DNA of 63,429 nt, counting the filler, from Licmophora abbreviata (lineage: Eukaryota), in assembly GCA_900291995.1 (NCBI GenBank). It is 17 parts of 17 records of this genome, joined end to end, with 100 filler letters (N's around TTAATTAATTAA, not from the genome) between each part and the next. Parts side by side here need not be neighbours in the genome. Positions count along the whole stretch, not along the records: positions 45,315 to 46,675 come from OLMU01005702.1; positions 46,776 to 48,798 come from OLMU01005704.1; positions 48,899 to 50,051 come from OLMU01005706.1; positions 50,152 to 52,904 come from OLMU01005709.1; positions 53,005 to 55,489 come from OLMU01005711.1; positions 55,590 to 57,050 come from OLMU01005712.1; positions 57,151 to 59,344 come from OLMU01005715.1; 10 more parts are not named here. The stretch is one strand, 5' to 3'. Below the pieces are notes generated by a model, which saw only the letters and a list, made by a program, of their open reading frames with translations, searched no databases and was not told where the DNA came from. Both the position numbers and the translations under genes were made by a program. This document shows positions 46,231 through 58,205 of the stretch, in pieces. How positions within the stretch are numbered: position 1 is the stretch's first letter; each line of letters opens with the position of its first letter.

Positions 46231-48798
46231 ATGAGGCGCTATCCCCGCTTCTGCCTGCTACTTGTTTGCGCGCTGGTCGCCGGTGTGGGAAGCAGCCAAG
46301 CTTCTGGAGATGGCGAAGTCGACGAGCCGAAGAACTGGGGCGCGCTGCGAGGGGCTCTTTATTCCGAGGTACGGGCATCAAAGACTCCCAACTTAGTCTG
46401 TTTTATACTTACCAAAGGTTCTGACTTTCATACCGTTTGGTTTGCTACCTTCGGCAGTTTGCAGAAGTTGATCCAGTCGGTTCACCGCGTCAACTCGAGG
46501 TGGTCTGTTCAGAAGTTTGCATTGACTTTTCTCACGCTGGAAATGGCGCTCGGTTGCATCATGGTGACTACGTCAAAACTCAGTGGCTTGATACGTATGG
46601 CATGACCGTTTCTGTACAATCTTATGACGGCGGCTACACTCCCGACGGCATGGCCCGCATTTTTGACTCGACCCTNNNNNNNNNNNNNNNNNNNNNNNNN
46701 NNNNNNNNNNNNNNNNNNNTTAATTAATTAANNNNNNNNNNNNNNNNNNNNNNNNNNNNNNNNNNNNNNNNNNNNAAAGCCAACTCCAATACCGACACCA
46801 GCGCCAACAGCAATCGCTACTGAGAAGCCAACACTGTTGCCAACAAGAACGCCTACGAAAATGCCGACGAAAACTCCAACTTTTGTTCCGACACAGGCGC
46901 CCGCGAGCCCGGTTGCCCAGCCAAGCGCCTCGCCATCTGAGGATTTCAGTTTCAGGCCTTCCCACGTAGTGCCTCCGTCGACGCCTTTTCCAACGGTGCA
47001 TCCGTCGCCAAAGCCTACCCCCGCTCCGGTGACGGACGCGCCGGTTGCTCCTAGCCACGGTTCGCAACTTACTGGTTTTATGCTGGTGAATGCCGACACC
47101 AACAATGACCTTGGCCCTCTCTTGGATGGAGCGCACCTTATTCTATCCGGTTTGCCGCACATCAACATCAGAGCAGATACAAGTGGAAAAGTCGGGAGCG
47201 TCAGTTTTTCTATCGATGGTGCCTTTGTTCGATCAGAGAGTGCGAGTCCCTACGCTTTGGCTGGCGACAATTCTGGTATCTACAACTCGTGGGAACCATC
47301 AACGACAGGTCCCTTGATGTTGACCGCTCAAATCTTTGACGAGGCGGGTGCAACGGGGGCACTCGTGAGTATTCTGTCGGTAAACTTTACTGTGGTTGGT
47401 GCAAATGATGCGACACCAAGCCCGCATGACCAGCCAAGCTCATCTCCATCGCTCGACATGACCTCCGAGCCCTCAGTTGGATCTGGTCCCACAGCTCGTC
47501 CAACGCTATTGCCTACGCCCTTCCCATCAGGGGATGCTACCTTGGCTCCATCGATGCCTGCGCCTACATCAGTTGGCAAATACCCAGTACTGACTGCTTT
47601 CGTGTTGGTCAACACGGCCACAAATGAAGACATCTCTCCTCTTGCCGAGGGTGAGACCTTGGTGCTTTCCGATCATGCAAAAATAAGCATTCGAGCCGAA
47701 ACAGCTGTCCCTGTTGGTAGTGTCAAGTTTTTCATTGACGGTCTCTCTGTTCGCGTTGAGAGTTTGAGTCCGTACGCTCTCTCGGGAGATTCATTGGGTC
47801 GCTTCCATCCATGGGTCCCGACGAAATCTGGCCCCCAGAAACTGACGGCGATAGCATATGAAGAGTCAGGAGCAGAGGGGGCAGTTATGGGTATGCTGTC
47901 GGTGAATTTCGTTGTTCGCCAGACACCTCTGCCGACACAGTCCCCTACGCCTCAGCAGAGCGCTTCTCCATCAGCTGGAACGAGTGCTCATCCCTCCTCT
48001 GGGCCGGTCCGTGACCCTTCAGAAGCCCCTTCAGATTCATCTAATCAAACGCCGGCGCCCAGTTCGCCCGCAGCCTCACCAGCTAACTCCGATTCGGATT
48101 GTCCATACAAGAAGATCACCTGGGCAGACTTCAAAGGTAAGCCACCAACAGGGACAGACGAAGATGCTGTGATCGTTTCTGGAATACAGTACAGCAGCTA
48201 TTCTACCGACGTTCCCCGGAAGGAGGCCGACGGAATCTGGCTTGTTGACATGAAAGAGATCAGTTGCTCCGCCTACATGGACAAGACCATGTCTGGCGTA
48301 ATAGCGGAGAAGCAAACCGATACTCTTCTCGAACACAAACAATACCTCTTTGATATTTCGCAATACTGGGCCCGACAGCTTGACAAGGCACTCAAAGCAG
48401 TACAGGGCCATGGGGTATCACAAACAGAGGCTCTTAAAAGCGTTCAGAAGGAAGTCGCGAGGGTTTACGGCGAAATACTCCAAAAGATGGAGAAAATGCA
48501 GAGTGATTACGTCAAGCAAACGGATCGCTCGAGAAACAGCGAAAAGCAGAAACAGTGGCGCGCCAAGATTAACAAGCTATTGACCCCGCCGGCTCCTAAG
48601 TCACCAAAGGCTGACAGCGCATCCTCCTTCATGTTTCCTTCCGGACAAGTTGAGAAAGACTCGAATGGAACACTCACGTTGAGCAACCTCGTATTGCATT
48701 CCTTCGTCAATGTCACCGAGATCGAAGACACATACATGGAAAGTTCAAAGGTGAAATTGCCAGAGCTGGTTTACGGAGGCCTGGCAATGGACGATTCG
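46231..48798 (+). CDS. Secreted multidomain protein, paralogue 2 (partial): signal peptide, intron 46369-46457, Cys/Gly domain, gap, PT-rich linkers, 2 Ig-like domains, DUF922-like domain
   Basis: MRRYPRFCLLLVCALVAG; SE|FAEV splice; VCIDFSHAGN..RLHHGDYV; FMLVNADTN..INIRA..VGSV..PYALAGD twice; CPYKKITWADFKG...LLEHKQYLFDISQYWARQL. Confidence 0.8.
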
Positions 48799-48991
48799 NN
48801 NNNNNNNNNNNNNNNNNNNNNNNNNNNNNNNNNNNNNNNNNNTTAATTAATTAANNNNNNNNNNNNNNNNNNNNNNNNNNNNNNNNNNNNNNNNNNNNAA
48901 CGGAGGCCGGTCATTCTGGTGTGTCTGGGCACATGTTGTGGATATGCTCACATAATTCCAAACCAAACGCTAGTTGATGAAGTGATCGACC

Positions 48992-51900
48992 ATGATGAGT
49001 GTTCATCGCTCCTCGACGATGCTCTTGTGCTTGGCGTTCGCAATTATAATATTTGGTGTTGATGGTATTCGTTCTGAGGTAAGTTGAGAAAAGATGTCTG
49101 AATGGAGTCGATGCGATTCATTCATCATTCACGTCTCACACAAGGATGTTGTATTTTGTATGCTATGGCCGCGTCACAGTTCGTCGAGGGTTCATCTGTT
49201 CATGACTTTCGCAGGATGGAAGGGGTTTGCCCAGAAGTCTGTATTGACTTTTCTCACGCCGGCAACAACACTCGGCTGCATCACGGCGACTACGTGAAAG
49301 AAGAATGGCTCGAAAAATATGGCATGACGATTTCAGCGAGCTCAAAGACCGGTGGCTATACTCCTGACGGAATGGCGCGCATTTATGACTCGACTCTGTA
49401 TTTCAAAGCAGATCCGGATCTCAGCAGTCCCAATCGAGAGTGTTCGGGTGGTGGTCCTGGCCTGGGTGCAGGTGGGGTCCCTGGAGCACCTGGCACCAAT
49501 TGCGAACGCGAAGGGAACCTGTTAATCATCCAGGAGTCGGACCAGTATGAACCAGACGATAATGCCTATGGAGGAACCATCACTTTCTCCTTTGAAACGC
49601 CTGGAACTCATGTATCTCGGATCGGGCTTTTGGATCTCCAGACCGAGGACAACTTTCTGACCGTGTACCAGTCGAATGGAAATCCTCCCCAAGTTCAGCA
49701 GGTGTCTGGCTTGGGAGACAACTCCGTCCAGGATGAGATTATCAACAAGCCAGATGTTACAGGTATCTCTCTATACACGACTGATTCCTGCGGGGTGCGT
49801 ATGATTTGTTTGTGTGCTGACAGCGAAGACGCTACGCCGTCCGTCACGGGTTTTACGTTGGTCAACTCCAACACCAATCAAGACATCTCTCCACTAGTAG
49901 ATGGAGCGGCCCTGGTTCTGGCGAACCTACCAGAAATCAATATCAGAGCAAACGTTGTGGGAAAGGCTGGAAGCGCCCAGTTCTTTCTTGATGCCGTTCC
50001 TGTTAGGTTAGAAAATGTCGGTCCCTACGCGTTGGCCGGAGATTCTGATGGNNNNNNNNNNNNNNNNNNNNNNNNNNNNNNNNNNNNNNNNNNNNTTAAT
50101 TAATTAANNNNNNNNNNNNNNNNNNNNNNNNNNNNNNNNNNNNNNNNNNNNCAGCTCCACCAGATGCAAGCACTCGATCGCCATCACCGTCGAATGCACC
50201 TAGCAGTAAGCCCGCAGATGCGCCTCCGCCCTCATCCGCACCAGTGAACGATCCAACCGCTGCACCCTTGGATGCACGCACTTGGTCGCCATCACCGTCG
50301 AATGCACCTAGCAGTAAGCCCGCAGATGCGCCTCCGCCCTCATCCGCACCAGTAAACGATCCTCCCACTGCAGCCCCTACGGATGAGCACAGTCCGTCAC
50401 CATCGCGCTACGTGCCTCCTTCCATAGCGCCTCTCAGTACTCCTACAAGTACGACCCCACCAACAATGTCACCGACAAGGAATGACGACACAGACTGTCC
50501 ATACAAAAAGATCACTTGGGCAGACTTCAAAGGTTCAGCGCCAACGGGAGGCACAGATGATGCGGTTATTTCGACGGGCATCAAATACAGTCAGTATTAC
50601 ACCAAGGCGCCTACGCAACTGCCCGACGGGACATGGCTTGTGGATATAAAGCAGATCAGTGGTACGGCGTACATGGACAAAACCATGTCCGGTGTCAAGC
50701 AAGGGAAAGAAACAGCAGCACTTCTTGAACACGAACAATACCAATTTGACATTTCTCAATATTGGGCACGACAGCTTGATCAGGCGCTCAAAACAGTGCA
50801 TGGTCGGGGTGTAACCGCGAATGAGGCATTTGGTAACATCCAGACAGAAGTGGACCAAGTCTATGATGAGATGATTCAGAAGATGGAACAAATGCATGAC
50901 AACTACGTCGTCGAGACGGATTACTCAAGGAACGCGCAAAAGCAGCAGGAGTGGTGTGAGAAGATCAACAAGCTACTGAACCCTAAAGCTCCGGAAGGCC
51001 CAAAGGCCCAGAGCTCAGGCATGATTTGGAGAGACGCTGCTGGAAATCTCACAATAAACAATCTATCTCTCAACTCTTTCTTTGACGAGTTGTCGTCGAT
51101 TGGCGACCCGTATCTGACTGGCGCAGAACTGAGATTTCCAAAGCTACTGTACGAAGGTCTGGCTATGCAAAATGCATCAAAGCCCCTGTTTTACCCGCCG
51201 AACTCCAACGATGGTCTTGTGACAGTATATAGAGCGTCTGATCCCTCGACTCCTGTTTTGACTGGCCAGCTGCTCCTCTTGATTGGCGATGGTAACTCCC
51301 TTCGAGGGTGGATCGAAGTGGTAGAGATCACTCTTATCGGTATTTCAAGCTCACCCTATCTGGAATCAGTGAACCGAGCTCTTTACGACTCAGGCGGAGT
51401 TCTTACCATTGAAATGGAAATTGCTGGACCAACAATGGTTGACTATACGAATGCATTTAGTGCTATTGGAACGGTACGCCTTGGCGTCGTCAAGGACGAT
51501 GGACAGAACACTCTACTGAGCTCCACGCCGTCGGCATCACCCAGCGCCAATGATCCAATGATTGGTTACAGGCAACTCACATGGGGCGACTTTCAGGGCC
51601 CTCTGCCCAGTGCAACACAAGAGGCCTATATTACTACCGAAATTCAGCGATCCGCCTACAGTACATCGGCTCCTAAACTTGTCAATGGTTTGTTTGAAAT
51701 CACAATGCGCGAAATCTCCGTGAGATCCTACATGGACCGAAGCCGTTCGGGAGTGCAGCCAGACAAAAAGACGATGGCCGTTCTTGCAATGCTGCAGTGT
51801 CGTTTCGATATCACCGAGTACTGGGCGCGTGACTTGGAGGCGGTACTTTGGAGTGTCGTGCTGAGCGCTGCGACGCAGCTGGAAGCCTTCAATGCATTTC

Positions 51901-52025
51901 AAGCGAAAGTGATTGAGATATCTGGGGAGAAGGAGGGCTTGTGGAATCAAATGCTGATGGATTATGAGACACTGTTGACTGGGAGTGCCACGCCTGACCT
52001 CGAAAGTTGTCCTGTGAGCTTATAG
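48992..52025 (+). CDS. Secreted multidomain protein, paralogue 3: signal peptide, intron 49079-49179, Cys/Gly domain, Ig-like domain, gap, PT repeats, DUF922-like, unknown ~190-aa domain, second DUF922-like domain
   Basis: MMSVHRSSTMLLCLAFAIIIFGVDGIRSE|FVEG (same intron position as paralogue 2); ITWADFKG...HEQYQFDISQYWARQL...ETDYSRNAQKQQEW; LTWGDFQG...FDITEYWARDL. Confidence 0.8.
50152..50405. repeat. Coding tandem repeat, 108-bp (36-aa) unit SPSPSNAPSSKPADAPPPSSAPVNDP, at least 2.3 copies, abutting a gap
   Basis: tcgccatcaccgtcgaatgcacctagcagtaagcccgcag at 50178 and 50286. Confidence 0.9.
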
Positions 52026-52447
52026 TAGTAGTTGCAGTACTTAGTAGCTGTGCGAGCGAGAACACAAGTCAAAGAGCAACATCAAGAATCTGAATGCCAT
52101 ACATAGCTTTTATAAAAAAAAATGAAATCTACAATAATAACACACTTGTCTATACTCCACCATACGATGCACTTCCATTCCACTCTATGTTTCCCCTTTT
52201 TCATACTTTCACAACTTCGTTGACGACTGTAACGTCTTTCTGCAAGAGGGCGCGAAGATGGATTCAAACACGAAGGAATTTGGAATGTCGAGTGAGACCG
52301 CGCCAGAAAATTTTGAAATGAGGCAATGACGACGGGAGCCGGCGGCGATGCAGACATGCACAAAAAGGATATTCCGAGAGTGACAACAAGACATGTCAAC
52401 AAGCTTTCGTTGTTCGTGTTTCTCTTGAGTCTCTCAGCACTTTCAAC

Positions 52448-53152
52448 ATGATGACGATGATGCATGCCACGACGACGAGGCGATCTGTGAGGCTGCTCGC
52501 TGCGAAAGCGACAACGGCTCGTCCTCTGAGCACCAAGCCGAGCAACGACAGCAGCAAGCAGCAGCCTCATCTCTTGAACAGCGCCAGCGACTACTTTGCC
52601 ACGCTTCGTTGGAAGGCGGCCGAGACTCTGACGTCTATCTTGAGTACGAAAGAACGTCAGGATCTCTTTCAGAAACTGGATGGAGTCGAGGCGACAAAGA
52701 ACGAAAGTACGGCTGCTAGTACAGGTACCTCCACAGACACTCCCGAACCGACGCCCAAGACGATTGGAGAAGCCGTCATTGCAGCACGTGCCGAAGAGGC
52801 CAAGAAGCAACAGGCCATCTGGGACAAGAAAAAGGACGTCTTGCTCAAGCAAGCCGAACAGGCAGCCATGAAGCGTGTCGAGAACGACATTGTGATTCAG
52901 CAGCNNNNNNNNNNNNNNNNNNNNNNNNNNNNNNNNNNNNNNNNNNNNTTAATTAATTAANNNNNNNNNNNNNNNNNNNNNNNNNNNNNNNNNNNNNNNN
53001 NNNNCGAGTGGATGTTGGAACAGAATCGAGTCTTGGCAGACAAGTTTGCGAGAGAGGATGATGCGGCGCGGAATGTCAATCAGGCGGCGATGGAAAAGGC
53101 GGTGCAATACGACTTCTACTTGGGGCTGGAGTCTTCTTGGCTTTACAACTAG
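52448..53152 (+). CDS. Hypothetical mitochondrion-targeted protein, N- and C-terminal parts flanking a gap
   Basis: Arg/Thr-rich presequence MMTMMHATTTRRSVRLLAAKATTARPLS and coiled coil; after the spacer, 53006-53152 reads EWMLEQNRVLADKF...AMEKAVQYDFYLGLESSWLYN*. Confidence 0.6.
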
Positions 53153-53998
53153 TTTGTTGTGGGTGACTGATGAGAGGATGAGGGACTGGACGGAGGGATC
53201 TGATTGTAGCGACGAGTCAGCAAGAGGGATATTTTTAGCTTGAATGTTGTGCCACAAAGCCAACTCGTCCTTAGACTCTTGCGTAGACATGGCTACTGGC
53301 ACTGGTAGCATTGGACTAGTCGGTTCGACTATCAAACGAAAGTGTCGCAATTTTTTGCTGCTCGCATCCTCTAAAAGTTTGATGACTTTCGTGCATTTAG
53401 AAGGTGCTATCGGTTCCACAAAAGAACAATCAGATTGACAAATGTGGGTAGCCTGTGTCTTGGCGTTCGCTATCATTTTGATGGTCAGACTTGACGCTTT
53501 TCTCTACAGATACAAACTACGATAAGTATGATGCAAACTGGCGAGACATCAGCTCGATCTACTATCACAAAGGAAGGTAAACTGTGTTTCACGCGCTAAT
53601 ACTGATAAATATGAAGCTCGGTACGGATACTTCTACTATGGGACTACAAACATTGAGCACATCTGCCTTTTCGTTTACCAGGCACAGCAGGCTCGGCCCT
53701 CCTCAAGAAAGGCCGTGTTGGAACGCTCGATATCGGTACAGGTAAGTCCAGGCGCACACTCCGCTTCCTCTTCCTCCTGTTCGGCTAAAACTATCGAAAG
53801 AGAGCATTCTTCCGATATCAAGTCCCGCATCATAAATTGTGATTGATTAGAGAGCGCGGCGACTCCCATGTGAGTCGACTGAGTCGATTCCATGAAGGAA
53901 TCTGTGCCGCCGAGGCCGACCACCACATCGACCATGGCAGGGTCAAGATGGACAGACGACATCGGCATTCAGATGGATGAGAGGCGTTCTGCCCTCCC

Positions 53999-55489
53999 AT
54001 GTCGACTCCACGGAGCCATACGAATGGCACCAGAACTTTTCNGGGCCTGAGAGAAGACGGAGAAGCGACTTCGTTGGTTCTCCGTCCTACCTCTTCTAGC
54101 ATTTCGGCCGAAGACGACCCGCAAGTTTCACCCGTTCCTGAAAATGCCGCTGCTGGACCCATTGCGGCTCCTCTCTTTGTAGAAGGGGCTAGTGTGAACG
54201 CATCAGCTGATTCAGAGTCACGCTCACGACCATTGCTTGGAACTCTCCAGCTGGTCGTTATTATGTTTTACACTGTCTCCGGTACGTGAGCGACTCACAA
54301 AACTCCAGAATCCTTACCACCCGCCGTTGCAGTCCCGCTCACTTTTCATCCATGATTCATACTTTTCATCGTCTCATAGGTGGTCCCTTTGGAGTGGAGG
54401 CATCCGTACGAGCAGGAGGTGTATTCTACACATTGCTTGGACTGCTCGTGCTTCCCCTCGTTTGGTCGCTGCCGGAAGCCTTGGTGACGGCCGAACTGGG
54501 TTCCACATTCCCCGAGCCATCTGGTAGTGTTGCGTGGGTCGAAGAGGCATTTGGGACCGCAGCGGGCTGGATGGCGGGGTATCTGAGTTGGATATCCGGT
54601 GCAACCGATACGACGATCTATCCAGTACTCTTTTTGGACTACTTGCTGCAGATCGTACACACGGAAGGCGACGTTCCTCCGTTTCTCCGCTATTGTGTGC
54701 TGGCAGTGATATCTATTGGATTGACGCTTGTCAACTACTTAGGACTCAACGTGGTGGGAGAAATCTCCATTTTCGATTTGTATTGTGTCCATGAGTCCCT
54801 TTGTGCTGGCGGTGGTATTGGGCATCCGTCAAGTGGAACCTCAACGTTGGTTGCAGTTGCCGCAGGTAGACGACGGTATTGACCACGGCGAGGAAACTAG
54901 TAGAGGAATCTTCCCGAAACTGATGATGGGTGGTGTTTTATGGCGGCCCTTTCTCAACAACATGTTTTGGAATCTCAACTCGTTCGATTCGGGCGCAAGC
55001 TTCTCCGCCGAAGTTGAAAACCCCGGTCGCACGTTCCCACGGGCCATGTTCTGGTCCGTTTTTGTTGTATTTTTGGGCTATTTTGTTCCTCTGCTCGTCA
55101 TACTTGGCTCGTCAGACGCTCCTCAGAGCGCGTGGGAAGATGGCTATGTCGCGACAGTCATTTCCGATGAGATTGGGCCGTGGCTGGGAGACTGGACTGT
55201 ATTGTCGGCGGGTGTATCCAATATTGCGCTTTTTCAGGCCGAACTATCGTCTGACGCCTACATGCTCATGGGCATGGCGGACAGAGGACACCTCTGCAGT
55301 TTTTTTAGAGCACGAAGTCGTTTTGGGACGCCAACTTACGGACTGATTGCTGGGCTGGCGGTTGTGCTCATCTTGAGCGTGTCCGACTTGAGTACCTTGG
55401 TGGAAATGCTCAACTTCAATTATGGCATGTACGTGATCCTTGTCAGCGTATACATCGGTCAGATTCTTTCTCTCCACGGTGGTCAAGTT
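53999..55489 (+). CDS. APC-family polyamine/amino acid transporter (plant PUT/RMV1-like); intron 54282-54379; frameshift near 54775; truncated
   Basis: FYTVSG|GPFGVEASVRAGG, PLVWSLPEALVTAELGS, WVEEAFG, YPVLFLDYL, FWNLNSFDSGAS, AEVENPGRTFPRA, LMGMADRGHL, RSRFGTPT. Confidence 0.9.
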
Positions 55490-55670
55490 NNNNNNNNNNN
55501 NNNNNNNNNNNNNNNNNNNNNNNNNNNNNNNNNTTAATTAATTAANNNNNNNNNNNNNNNNNNNNNNNNNNNNNNNNNNNNNNNNNNNNCTTACAGTTGC
55601 TTGCCTTTTCCCCTGCCTTTTTCCCTGCTCGCGAAATGACAAAGAATTCGACAAGCCGCTTCGACCGTAG

Positions 55671-57050
55671 TCGTGGAAGATGATGTCTGGGCCAAGTACG
55701 AGATTCACAAGCTTCCTGCAGAACGAATTATTCGGCATCTGTACCACCCATCCACAAGGCAGTGGAGTACAGACGAGACGATTGTCAAGATGGAGCAGGA
55801 GCCCTTTACGCATGGCGCCATGAGGTTCTGTTATCGCATGAAGAAAATGGCCACGCCTCCCAATAATGCAAGCAACCATCGCTTTCATTCGTTTGGATGG
55901 AGTCGGGCCAGCAATTACGTCGCAAAGTGTTACTACAAGGATGGAGTCGTCGATACTTCAGAAGATGCGAAACAGGCCATTCGAAATGATGTATTGTTGC
56001 AATATGAAGCAGGGCACTGGGCCAAGCAGTTCAATTCACATTCGCCCAGTAAGAAGATCGTATTTTTGCGATGCTACGTTGTGGAATTTCCCGACCGAGA
56101 GGGCAGCCCCTTATTTGCCGTAGAACGCTTCATTGCAGGAACCGACTCTTATGGAGCAGGCTTTGTCAAACACAATACCAATTCTGGATTTGTTGATGAT
56201 GAGCTGCATCGCAAGACACCCCAAGTGTTCAGTGCGCACTCCTTCTACGCCAGTAAGGGAAATCGACTCGTGGCCGACATTCAGGGCGTGGGGGATTTGT
56301 TTACTGACCCTCAAGTGTTGTCGATGGACTATCGCTTTGGTGATGGCGATCTGGGCCCACGCGGTATGGCTCTCTTCTTTCATTCCTTTCGGCATTGTGC
56401 CTTTAGTGATGCCATGGGTATTCCTATTTTTCCATTGTCTCGCAATGAACGCAAGCATCAAGCCAAGTACGATGACGACGAAGTGACCATTAGCGACGAC
56501 GAGCAATCGCACTACAGCGACCTTGCCGATCAGATGAAGTTGGACAAGTTTGCGCGACTTGACTTGAACCGACAACGGCGCATGAGTAGCTTGAAGGGTC
56601 CGCCTCGGGAGCTTGTGCCTGGTGGCGACGAGGAGCTTCAATCGACTGAACGTCGAAGCAATATGAAGGCCGTTGTATCGCGGGAAAATGTCAGCATGTC
56701 AATTCGCAAGTCGCTTCGGAACACTGTGCGATCTACGGCCGGTGGGTCAAAGAAGAAAGCACCAATGAGTCGATCTGCATCGGATGTGGATGAGGTGTCA
56801 TCGTGTCTCCTGATTGCCACAACGGATGCGACGTTTGACCATCGTTCATTTCACCGGTTGGAATCGGGGGAAATGAAGGCTCGGCACTATGTGGACAATG
56901 GTACGGGTCAGCGTCGACGTGGGACGATAGTCACCAAGATTGCAGCACCAATTGTTCCAGATGAAGAGGACGAAATGGAATCTTGGCAAGGTCCACTACC
57001 ACTTGGCATGCCTGCACGGAATGGGACGATTCCCTCACGTTGTACCCGAG
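55671..57050 (+). CDS. EEF2K: Eukaryotic elongation factor 2 kinase (alpha-kinase), partial; frameshift near 56965
   Basis: PFTHGAMRFCY, NYVAK, VERFI, KHNTNSGFV, LVADIQGVGDLFTDPQV, FGDGDLGPRGMALFF; shifted frame gives NLGKVHYHLACLHGMGRF, matching the eEF2K pre-SEL1 region. Confidence 0.88.
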
Positions 57051-57150
57051 NNNNNNNNNNNNNNNNNNNNNNNNNNNNNNNNNNNNNNNNNNNNTTAATT
57101 AATTAANNNNNNNNNNNNNNNNNNNNNNNNNNNNNNNNNNNNNNNNNNNN

Positions 57151-57821
57151 ACGACCGTGTCCCTCGTAATCCATGGCCGCCACTGCAATGCCATGCTCCA
57201 CAAAGCGCTGATATTCAACACGTTTCATAAAGGAACTATGGTCCGTGTAGCCGTGGCAAAAGCACACGACCGCCTTTGTCTCTTGGTTCGCTGGAACCAT
57301 GGTATATGTGAGGAGACACATGCCTCTGTGTGATTGGTTCAAATGGAAAGGAGAGAGACAAAACACCCGTGAGTCTTGGCTTCCATGTGTAGATGCTTAG
57401 GATTGCCACGAGGGCTACAACAGAGTGGTACATAGTTACTGTTCAGCCCACATTTGATACAGTACCTTTCATTGACCCAAAACCTCTCGTCGTGGTGAAT
57501 GTAGTCTGGCACGTTCCTCGTAGTTTCCGGTGTATCTAGGCCCTTTACAAAATCGCGGTAGTTTTTCCGTCTCCAGGTGGGATCATCGTTCTTCCGAAAC
57601 GAGTAGGGAATCAATTTGGACAAGACGTAGGTGACGAGAAGGATCAAGGGCGGCCAAAGCAGGGCCAAGGCGAAGAGGAAGACTCCGGCGGCGACCACGA
57701 CATGCTGCGCCACGACTGGAGGTGGATCGAAGGGTCGGCTCTCTCGAATGACCAAACGAGGCGACGTCTTGTCCGTGTAGTCTTCCTCCTTGTGATCTGA
57801 AGTAGAAGACGACGTGCACAT
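57151..57821 (-). CDS. Monoglyceride lipase / Hydrolase_4 alpha/beta-hydrolase with N-terminal TM segment, 5' part; intron 57326-57465
   Basis: FWVNE|RGMCLLT...KAVVCFCHGYTDHSS...AMDYEGHGR; hydrophobic N-terminal segment. Confidence 0.88.
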
Positions 57822-58205
57822 GGTGATGATGATCCACCTTCTTGTAGAAGTACGTGTGATTGTTACAGCAGTGACACCGCGGAATGGTGTTGGTGATGTG
57901 TGTGTCGTCTGTCGTCTAAAAAAGAGCTCGTCGTGATGTTGCGACTTCGGACCTGCGACGATTGTACGACAGACGATGTGTGTGTGGCAAAAGTTGTGAA
58001 AGTGTTCCAAGAGATATTGTTTCGAGGGCTTTGCTCAGGCTGCTGCATAGACTATGACATACTCTCCTTCTAAGATTACTACTTACTGTATGGTTCTATT
58101 GACGTTGGTGAGCAAAATCTCTTGCATGGCGATACTCGTATGCATCTATCCAAAAGTAAGTACCTACTCCCTCAGGGAGTATACTACACACACACAGTAG
58201 TATGC

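Noticed and set aside
52949..53476. 175-aa minus-strand ORF
   Set aside because: No motifs, and it overlaps a more convincing plus-strand terminal exon at 53006-53152.
2700..56980. Programmed ribosomal frameshifting as the cause of many split ORFs
   Set aside because: Shifts go in both directions, share no slippery motif, and several sit in homopolymers (e.g. GGGGG near 38820, T-runs near 3350); sequencing error is simpler.
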